DNA of 64,000 nucleotides. It comes from Macrostomum lignano. Lineage: Eukaryota. A model generated the notes under the pieces. That model saw only the letters and a list, made by a program, of their open reading frames with translations. It was not told where the DNA came from and searched no databases. Made by a program: the position numbers and the translations under genes. Shown one piece after another: positions 1 to 10,093 of this stretch. How positions within the stretch are numbered: position 1 is the first letter of the stretch; the number at the start of each line of letters is the position of its first letter. The stretch covers positions 124,001-188,000 of the forward strand of contig NIVC01000736.1 of the NCBI GenBank assembly GCA_002269645.1. The letters run 5' to 3'.

Positions 1-2181
1 AGAAGAAGCCATTTTGCAAATTTTCGCAAATACTTACTAAGTAAATGCTTGGTATAGTAGTTTTCTCTATGAATCAGCTGGAAAATCTTTTGTTATAGAA
101 TAGCTATTTTCACAAGATTAGGGCAAGAGGGTCCTCCTTATATACCCATCAGCTATATATAGAATATTCTAGAAATAGAAAATATTAGAAAGTTTAGAAA
201 ATATAATAGTATATTTAGATTGAACCGCCCCAACCGACTTTATGTGTTTCAACTATATAAATATAGAAAATTAGTTACGGGGTCCACTGGACCCCAAGAA
301 CCCCCAATATAATAAGTTCACTTGGTGAACTGGGCTTATATAAAATAAGAACAACGATGCTTATATGGTTGAATACCTTCAAAAATAATAATTCTCCTAG
401 CATCTGGTTGTTTTAACATAATACTTAGTATGATTTAATTCTAACTAAAGATACCGTTGGGGTCCAATGGATCCCAAAATCTTTCGAGGGTTAATAGGCA
501 ATACATCCATTCCAGCTAGTCTAATCATGCGAAAGTTGAGCTTGAGTTGTGTGCAAACAGACTGGCCATCAGAAGAGTCGAGTCGCAATTCAAGCGCCTG
601 TCCAATGGCGTCTTTGGTCTTACAAAGCAATTCAAACGGATCGCAGGCACAGTCGAAATAAAGTGTAGCACTTGAAAGACATTGTTGTGCGCTGTTGATA
701 TGATTGCAGATCGGAATGGGATTCCTGATAAATGGATGAGGAAATAAAATATGGTATAGAATTTAAAGCAAAGTGTACTAAATATTCTTGAACAAAGCCA
801 ATTTTAAATTTTCAGTTTTAAATTTAAAAAATGTACTGTCCTTTTAAGAAGCAAATCCCATGGCGTTTTGATATGATTCAGATAGCTATGGAAATTGGCA
901 TATCGGTAATCAGTGGATCGGAGCTTGAGAATCCCAACAGTTTGAAATTTGCTCATAGATTTACTCAACTTGGGCGTTTCATTTAAATGAATCATCTGTC
1001 TGATTAGTTGTGGGGATTTCTCAGATTTGTAATCTATTATTCAAATAATTCGCAAACTTTATAGTTAATCTAACTCACTGTTGGTCCCAGGTTCAACACT
1101 GAAATTGGCGGACTCTAGCAGCGAGCCCTGTCCTATGGGTTCCCAAACCGAATCCTCCATCAGACAGTAGTCAGTTCGATGGAAATGATTGAAAATCAAG
1201 TCTGGCATGTTTTTTCATCAGCCTTCAAAGCCATTATATGCTTGTATTACGAGCTTTTTATTTTAAAAGAAATTATAAAAATTAGTGAAAACAAATAGAA
1301 ACACTAAAAGCTTTGAACAAAATTGCTTGATAGATAATTAAAAATTATGCATAGAATAACTTGTATTTACTTTCAGCTTGCAAAAAGTTTTGGGGTCCCA
1401 GAAACGACAATAAACAACACGTAAACGGTAGAGCATACTACGACCATATAAGTTTACAGCCGAAAGACCACAATGCTCATTTTAGATAGGATATGCCCCA
1501 TTTCACACCTCTAGTGTATGAGAACATAATCCCTGTAATGAGAGATCCCATTAGCTAATTCGAAACAGTAATTGCTTCAGATAATTGGTTGCATAGCTGC
1601 AATTGAACTATAGCCACTGCACTTCTTGATTTCGTAATAAGCTACATATATTGCATTTGATAGATATCCAAGTCTTTCAGCTAGCTGTTAATTTCTACAC
1701 ATTAAACACTACAAACTATATACAATACACATTTAAAATTGCACATTATCTTTTACCCATGATTACCGCTAATTAGCAATCTACCCATTAAAAAAATTAA
1801 ATGCAAAATTATGAGTTGCTAAGCCGGATTCAAAAGTTACCCCCGAGGTCAACCAAGTATTCCCCCACAACACTGCTAGGAAGGACGAGCTGAATAGACA
1901 CGAAGGCTGCTGCTGCACTCCAGAAGAAGCCGTCTCAGCCGCACCCGTTGTTGCCCCCGCCATTGCTTCCGCATCCATCGTTGATGGTTGAGCAGGGCCA
2001 GATTCCAGCTCGCGGAGAATGTCAGAAGTACAGTTTTCTGGCATCATCATCGTCCAAGCCTGCTCAAGATTCTTTCCAGCTGTTGTACTCACGACTCTCA
2101 GGAAGGGTGTGTCTACGAGGGTCAGAGTACGCGGGCCCATGCTGGCCTGCGTCAGGGCGCGAGTGTCCGCACGGGACCCTA

Positions 2182-2283
<102 letters not shown>

Positions 2284-2779
2284 TTACAGTACAGGGTGGT
2301 CCCTGGCAGAGTACCTGGCCAAGTCCCCCCTTAGTCGGCGTCAGGACACACGGACTGCTCCTGCTGCAGCCCCTGAAATGAAGGAGACAAAGCAGTGACT
2401 TACTACACGTACAGCTCGCCCTTGCGCGTGCGGCATGTATATTTTACCTAACTGTCTTGCTAGTTGCTATTATATCAGACACAAGCTGTTGAAACCCGCG
2501 GATTTTGAACCCGGGGAATTCCAATCCCCGGAACTACTTTTGCATGTATTCTGAAATCTAAGGTCATACACAAACAAAAACTTGTTAATAGTTAGTAGAA
2601 TAGAGGTAGACATAAAATGGACACATTCGTGTAAAATTAGGATTTGAAGCAAACATTGATATTGTTGGCTGGGTTACTTCACAGAATGTCAGGCAATGTC
2701 TGTCTGACTCTAAAACATGTATTGGCAAACTCTGGCCTCTCCCTGACTCTCACTATGTCCCTTGGATCCTTTAAAATTT

Positions 2780-3461
2780 CTATCGTCTCTTCAGTTTCCT
2801 CTCTTCTCTCTCGTCCCTCGTCTCTCCTCTCTCTTCTCTCCTCTCCTCTCTCATATCTTCCCTCATCTCTCTTCTCTTTCATCTCTCTTATCTCTTGTCT
2901 CTTCTCTCTTCTCTCCTCTCTCCTGTCTCCTCTCTACTTTTCGTTTTCTCTCTCCTCTCCTCTCTCCTCTCTACTCTTTCGTTTTCTCTCTCCTCTCCTC
3001 TCTCCTATCTTCTTTCGTATCTTCCCTCATCTCTCTTCTCTTTCATATCTCTTATCTTATCTCATCTCTTCCCTTTTCTTTTCTCTCTCCTCTCCTCTCT
3101 CCTCTCTACTTTTTCGTTTTCTCTCTTCTTCTCTCTCTCCTCTCTCCCCCTCTTCTCTCGTCTCTTCCTTCTCCTCTCTATTCTTTTCTCTCTTCTCTTA
3201 ACTCTCTCCTCTCTCTTCTCTCCTCTTTCCTCTCTCTCTCCTCTCTCCCCTCTTCTCTCGTCTCTTCTTTCACCTCTTTCCTCTCTCTCTTTCCTCTCAT
3301 CTCTTTTCTTGTTTTATCTCTTCTCTCTCCCCTCGTCACTCGTCTCTTCCCTCACCTCTCTTCTCTCTTGTCTGCGTTTTTATCTCTCCTTTCTCTTCTT
3401 TTATCTTTTCTCTCTTATCTCTTCTCATTTCTCTCTGCTCTGCGCTCTCTCTCTCTCTCTG

Positions 3462-3555
<94 letters not shown>

Positions 3556-4330
3556 ATCTCTCCTCTCCCATCCCTCTTCTACTCTCTACTCTCTCCCCTC
3601 TTCATTCTCCTATTTCCTCTTCTCTCTCCCTGTCTCTCCTCTCTCCTCTAGTCTCTGTAATCTCTTCTCTCTTATCTCTCCTCTGTTCTCTCTACTCTCC
3701 CATCTCTCGTCTGTTCACCCTCATCTCTGCTCTCTCATCTGTCATCTTTACTCTCTAATACGTTCTCTCACTTATCTCCTCTGTACTCTTCTCTTTCACC
3801 TCTTCTGACTCCTCTCTTTCCTTACTCCTCTCTTCTATACTCTCTCTCCTCTAATATCTTCTCTCATCTCTCTGCACTCTCCTCTCACCTTTTTCATCTC
3901 TTATCTTTACTCTCTCATCTCTCCTTTCATTTGTCTCATCTCTACAATCTCATCTCTCCTTTCTCCCCTCTTATTACATCCCTCTCTTATCTCTATTATC
4001 TCTATCTCTTCTCTTCTCACTCTTCTCTCCCCCTCTTATCTTCTCTCTTCTCTATCCTTTCTACTCTCTCCTCTCCTCTTGACCCTCTGTCATCTTCTTT
4101 CTGCTCTCTCATCTCTACTCTTTTCTCACTCTTCTCTACTCTCCTCTCATCGATCCTCTGTCTCATCTCTCCCCTCTTCTCACCTTTACTCTTTCCTCTC
4201 CCTCCTTTCTCCCCTCCTCTCGCTTCTTCCTCCCTTCTTCTCTGCTCTCTCCTCACCACTTGTCTCTTCTCTTATCTTCCATGTTTTCTCTTATCCCCGT
4301 CCCGCCTCTCCTCTCTTCTAATAGTCTATT
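2780..4330. repeat. Polypyrimidine (CT-rich) low-complexity tract with a near-pure (CT)n core at about 3445-3555
   Basis: The + strand is almost entirely C/T for about 1.5 kb. The overlapping Leu/Ser-rich and Arg/Glu-rich ORFs are translation artefacts. Confidence 0.95.
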
Positions 4331-5890
4331 CCTTCTCCTTTCCACTCTCATCTGGCCCGCACATAAGCTGGATTCTTTATCTGGCTTTTGAAGTAAAATC
4401 TGCCGATCACTGCTTCGAAAGCCAGTTTGTGGGACGTACTACTCTCATCGTTATTCTCATGCTTTGATCACGTCATCTTTCTTGCCAATTTGCAGCCCTG
4501 AAAGGAATTTGTGTATCTTCAGCTCCACTGCAGTCTGCATCAGTCTAACAACCAAGGAAATACGCATTTCTTAGGCCATTTAAATTTCAAAGTACTTTTA
4601 AGAGAAACTTAAAATTTCCATGGTGTGCCTAATTTAGTAGGGTTGTATTTCATTGCATCGCATCACCTTTTCATAAATATTTCGCTTTTACAAACCATGC
4701 TGGATTGCCTCGATTTGCCAATTGCCATCCACTGTTAAACTGCTGCAGAGTTTGCCAATACAGAGGGGAGGGCAGTGGTTAGAATTTCTCACTAAACTGT
4801 TATGGCTAAACGTAGCCTCTCCACTCTCGGGGTGCAGAGAAGGCTATAAATAAAGTTATTCCAAAACACTGTACATTTGCTCAAGGACTACTTAAGTAGA
4901 AGGACGCTGCACTCCCGAATGGTGTAGATTTTTTTGAAGGCCATTTTTCAAAATGCTGTTATTTTTAAATGGTTGCATGTAGAGGTCTAGTTTTTTCACG
5001 GGGTTGCTCAGAATTTATTCCTCTTTTAGATGAGTGAACAGTTTCGGCTGCAACTACATGTATTCGCGAGAAATGTACAGCAAGGTACTGTTACCCCCTT
5101 CTTTATTATAGAACAATAAAGCTAGGATATTTAAAGGATAATTCCGACAATTGAGCTAATGTAATCCAATTAAAATGAGATGAGATTAACAAAGAACGAA
5201 GCCCGTCAGTCTGTACTTTTCAAAAGCCATCCCTGATCTTTTCAACAATAAAATAACAAAGAGCAAAAGCAGAGAAACTGGCACAATGCCAGTGCTGATA
5301 ACAATCGATGTATCGTTGTTGGACTGGAAACAAAAAATGTTGAACTGAACTGGTTGCTTGTTGCACAGCAGCTCATTGTACTTTAATCTCAATTGATAGC
5401 TACAGTAAGGCAAATATGTATGTAAGGCTGCAAATATAAAACTGTGTATAGTGTATAGTGTATAGAAACTGTGGCAACTATTGGGTAGGCAACAGCAGTA
5501 AAATGCAGAAACCAACTTATGAAAGCAGCAACAAATGTTTAAACCAACGTATGAAAGCAGCAACAGATGCATAAACCAACTTATGAAAGCATAAGCATAT
5601 TCAATGACGTGAATGTGAATTGGGTCTGTATAAAACATGGACAACCATGGACTATGGGTCAAATTACATGCTCAATCAATTAACAATGTTCGCTTCAATT
5701 CTACGAGCTATGTTGCCTCCGATTTTGGCTTATTGCATTTTTGGTTGGATATTTCGATATTTTCCAGTGTCCACTTCGTTTGTTTAAATTAGAGGTGTCT
5801 AAGTGTACAATGGGTGTTCAAGTTTTATACGAACTCGGTGTGTTGATAGAATGTCACGGATTTCTCAAAAAGCGTACAAACAGCTCATAA

Positions 5891-6505
5891 CTAACTTGAT
5901 GCTAACTTTCGCAGACGCCGTCCACTGCCGGGCGTCTCTCGTACATGGTCCGAATCACGACGCACGAGTCCTTTAAAAAATGTGTTAGCTAACCTCCTGG
6001 AAATGCGGCTAACCTGAGCTGGATCTGAAACAGTTACATCCATGAAAGCTTCAAAAACGTTAATAAAAGATCGGACACAATAGTTGACGCAGTGGATCTT
6101 GACAGAGGAGAAAAAAGCATAGCACAGGCTGGAGAAAACTAAAAGCCACTCTGGCGGGTGCCGGAGCTTGCCACGAGATAGCAGCGATGTAAATTCGCTA
6201 CCGCCAGGAAACTCAGTTGCAAATGCTTCAAAAACTTCTGGAAGATGCTCTTTAGCAGCAACGTAACCGGAAATATAGTACAAAGAAGCATTCTCCTCAT
6301 CTGTATTGTGGCTGATCTTGTCTTGAAGCTGATCAAACACCTCTAGATCAGAGTCCTTCATCCCATCGGAACAGCATGTCGCCGGCTCATGAGCCTCAAA
6401 GCTGTTCTGAAGCGCTCCGTACAATTTCATTCGGTGCAGCCGAGCACTGGCCATAACTTGCTCGACTGTTATGTAGTAACACCCGCCGTGGCCCTGGCGG
6501 TAGAG
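5891..6505 (-). pseudogene. Out-of-frame C-terminal remnant of a P-element-type transposase
   Basis: Reads YRQGHGGCYYITVEQVMASARL...LYYISGYVA...LSRGKLRHP, matching motifs that follow the catalytic Glu in P/THAP9-like transposases. It is in a different frame from the THAP exons, with TGA just upstream at about 6509-6511. Confidence 0.75.
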
Positions 6506-7292
6506 AGCTCAGACACTGACACTGGGGTGTTATGACGATTTGCAATAACAGAAAAGTCGGACATGACTGAAATTGAGCATTCAACTCTTAGTTCCCAAAG
6601 AAGGACAAATCGCACACATGATTCGTCACGCTGCACTATCCACTCATTTGCAACGAAGTCAAGGGTGGCAGATTTCTCAACAAAGGAACTCCATGAGTGA
6701 ATCCGATCAGTCTCATTGAATGAGTCCATTTCATCAGCAATTTGAGCCCGCTGGTTTAACAGAATACCGCGGCGTTGAACATCTCTAGAGTGCTCTGAAG
6801 TAAGAATAATAATATGTAAGGTATGAAATCAGACAAAAACTTAATTAAGTAAAATATTATAGAAAGCCTATCATTTGGTACAAACTGTAATATTTAACCT
6901 TGCTATGAGATATACTTACTTGGCTCAGTCAGGCGAAGAGAGCCTGTTGGAAGATTTGGGAATACACTTGGTGGGTCCATAGGGCGCATGAATCGCTTGA
7001 CCTTTAACATTGGTGCATTTGTTGGCCAATGTTTTTGGCAAATGCCCATGTATTTAGATGGACTCTAAAACAGTAAGTATTATATCATATTGTACTAATG
7101 TTCCATTAGCATGTGAATTAAGCAAGACAAGAATATGCAATAGCAGCAATAGCACCATACCTTAACATTTGGTGGCAAAGCTCGGATCCACATGCTGTAG
7201 TCTTCTTTATCCTTTGGAAAGCTATACACTGTCACCTTCTCACCAGATTTGTAGTTACTTGTACACTTTGGAAGACAGCATTTCATTGGCAT
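6469..7292 (-). CDS. Truncated THAP-domain protein of about 200 aa from the deleted P-like element; exons 7292-7161, 7064-6920, 6794-6469
   Basis: The spliced frame gives MPMKCCLPKC...YSFPKD...WIRAL...|SPSKYMGICQKHW...PPSVFPNLP, the C2CH THAP signature with conserved P, W and F. Both introns are GT-AG with compatible phases (0 and 1). The frame runs 603 nt to TAA at 6469-6471. Confidence 0.8.
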
Positions 7293-8529
7293 TGCAGAAA
7301 TTCTGAAGCTAACAAAAAGAAATATATACAGCTTCTATACATTATATCTAGTAAAAAAATTGCTACAATACTGTATTGCTTTTATCCCAACAGGCCAATA
7401 TAATCAATTCTATACTAAATCACTTCAATAGTATTACTAAAGTTGAAAATTTGTCTTCTAAAGTCTATTATACGCATTTTCCTTTAGAATCACTTTCTAT
7501 ATATAAATATTTATATTTTAAATTCAATGCAAGGCCTGAGTATTGAATATATCTTGGTTCCATTAAACTAGACTAGGTTAAAAAACTGCTCTCCAAACAG
7601 CAGAAATAAATTCAATATGTTGTTAGGCCTATCATTTAAATAAAATATAAAGTTTCAAGACAAGTCTGAAAATAGAACTTTTGTATCCAGTAGAACCGTT
7701 TAAGAAGCCTAATCTACAGATATTTGACAGAATAGTAAAATTAGTACCTTCTATACAATATGCAAGTATCTAATATCTATCTACCTTCAAATTAAGAATA
7801 ATACTTTATAACGATCTACTCATAAACTAATCAGTAGGTCCTTTCTACACAACATTTTTGTAGAACATGCTAAAAAAGCATAGTAGGCCCTAGATATTAT
7901 TATATATCAGGCATAGCCAGGGTATAGACTAACATTTAATATAGAATGTCTATAGCTAATTTAAATTTACCAAAAAAATAAAGACATAGAAAGCAGTCAT
8001 CATAGAATGCTAAAGAAACTACTGATTATTGAGAGAAACTAACACTTTAATCCAACCTTTAACATTTAACATTACAGAATTGAAAACCCTCGAAAAAATA
8101 CGAAGTATTTAAAAGTAAACGTGTCAAGGACACTAACTTGGCGAAATACAATAGAGGAGCGAATACACTAGGTCTTTTTGATAAGTTTCAGCAGTTTTTT
8201 CTTTTCAGCAGGGTTGTAGTCAGTCTGAGCAAGCCATTGAAGATGAAAATCGTGAATTTTTTGTATCTCGTTAATGTATTTTTCGGCGAAAATTGGCCTT
8301 CAAAAAAAATTACACGAACCGCGAGTGCAGCGTCCTTCTATAAACGATACTTAAGTAGTCCTTGCATTTGCTATGTACATTCAGTCCTATCGCCTGACCC
8401 TTCGTCTGGCTCTGGGGGAATGAGTGAGTGAGTAGCAAAAACAACAGAAAAAGGAGACAAACTTCACATGCTTACAGTTTCTTTTTCGGTTGAGTTACAG
8501 AGTTGAAACTTTACATTTAGACAGAGAAT

Positions 8530-9064
8530 GGGTCAATGAAGAATTGTGTCAAGTTTGAAGTTAATCGCTTTACGTGGAGCAAACTTATGGCAGCCGAAAG
8601 TTAGTCCATTTTGAAACCCTTTTACACATCTGGGCCGCCCAGATCGGGAAAGAGAGGCAGGCGGGCGGAGGTTGGGGTGGCTGTCTCGCTGACAAAAAAC
8701 AGCCCAACTTTAAAAGTGCACAGCGCCGTTCAGGATTAACTTTGAGAATCGAAATTTTACACGATTGTGTCAAAATAGTTGAAAATTGTCTGTGTCAAAT
8801 TTGAAGAGAATCGGTAGAAGTGGAGCAGCGTTATGGAGGATTAAGTGAAAAAATCGCGCATTTTGAGCAGTTTTTTGTACTTTTAGGTAGGAAGACTCAA
8901 ATTTAGGAAATTAAAAGGTAGCCTAAGACATTCTCCGTAGTAAGTTTAGGGTGGGTGTAAAGTTTGGTGTCATTTGGTTGAGCGGTTTGGGAGTCCATAG
9001 CGATCAAAATTGTCCACACACAGACACACAGACAGACAGAGTTTTGATTTTTATATTTAGAGAT
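8530..9064 (+). mobile_element. Probable non-autonomous Helitron/HINE-like element or fragment
   Basis: Repeated GTCAA(G/A)TTTGAAG motifs, and a 3' end GTAAAGTTTGGTGTCATTTGGTTGAGCGGTTT...(ACAG/ACAC)n...TTTTATATTTAG. This is typical of invertebrate non-autonomous Helitrons with an internal microsatellite. Ends are approximate. Confidence 0.5.
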
Positions 9065-10093
9065 AATAAAAACATAGCATAAACTTTCCGGGATTGAATC
9101 CCGACCCTGTGAATCCCGGGATCCCGGAAAAAGCCCTAGTTTCAGTGACCCCTAGTTTACACGTTACATATGTGTATACACTAATTATTTTCTTATCGTT
9201 ATTGAACAAAAGTAATAAAACTGATAACATTCCCCGCCCAGTTAGTTTTAAAGACCGCCACTTCACTCTCCCGCCGCCGAATTCAATAAAAACCAGCAAT
9301 ATCAACAAAAACAAAGCAATAAACGGCGCTTTAAAAGTTCACTTTCACAAAACATTCAGTCCAATTTACTCAAGTGCGGAGGCACCCATGACCAAACCCA
9401 GTCACCATTTAAAAAGACTCTCACTGAAATGTTTATTAAAAAATCAAAACTTCCTACAGGACACATTTTACGCAGCCAAATTGCTACGATTTTATTTTTG
9501 TTTCAATGGAATGATCGTATAGTCAGCACACAAATGTTTAGGGAACTCTTGTTGAGATGAGAGGCATGGAAGTGAGATTTTTCAAACTTAGGAAAACTTA
9601 CTGCAATTTACAAACGTGTATTGTCGGCTTAAAACAATGTACTTTGAGTCCAGGAGCAGAGTCCATGGCATGTATTAAAACAACAGCGGCTATGTTCTCT
9701 CATTAGGCCCCACGCTATTTCCATGGCTTTCTCTGCAGAGTTCTCCCACATAGGCGCCCGCCCGATGCGGGCCCATGGCTTTTTCATGGTAATTCCTGTG
9801 GCAGAGCGCACCAATGCATTTACATAGGCTCCTATGTTCACACACTGTAGGCCCGTGGTTTTCCCACGGAAATTCCTGCGGCAGAGGGCACATAACTCCT
9901 ACTGTTGTCAAAGAAAATCTGCGAATGACTGATTTGAGCATGGGTAAATTTGGATAGCTTTTTGCTTAGTATATTTTGACTTCAAGAGCAAACAACATAT
10001 ACTTGAAGATACTATAACTAATCTTACTCTGTCTGTTTTGTCTGTATTTATTGGAGCCATACAAACCACATCCTCACCCAATGCTGCAGCCAG

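Larger units (their letters stand above)
4882..8364 (-). mobile_element. P-element-superfamily (THAP) DNA transposon, internally deleted and non-autonomous
   Basis: Left end CAAGGACTACTTAAG-TAGAAGGACGCTGCACTC (4882-4914). Right end GAGTGCAGCGTCCTTCTA-taaacgata-CTTAAGTAGTCCTTG (8323-8364). The identical 8-bp direct repeat CATTTGCT flanks both ends (4874-4881, 8365-8372). THAP and transposase C-terminal coding remnants lie inside. Confidence 0.93.

Noticed and set aside
445-1700. Possible minus-strand exons (e.g. FHRTDYCLMEDSVWEPIG..., about 1077-1200) and GGGGTCC/GGACCCC palindromes at 279-295 and about 459-476
   Set aside because: Splice phases between candidate exons do not join, I recognise no family, and no matching TIR pair lies within the window.
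2644-4467. Long Leu/Ser-rich and Arg/Glu-rich ORFs
   Set aside because: They are translations of the CT-rich tract, which cannot easily form stop codons.
9085-9140. CCGGGAT/ATCCCGG-rich motif resembling a MITE end, with a similar motif at 2490-2535
   Set aside because: I could not find a matching partner end or TSD, so no element boundaries can be supported.
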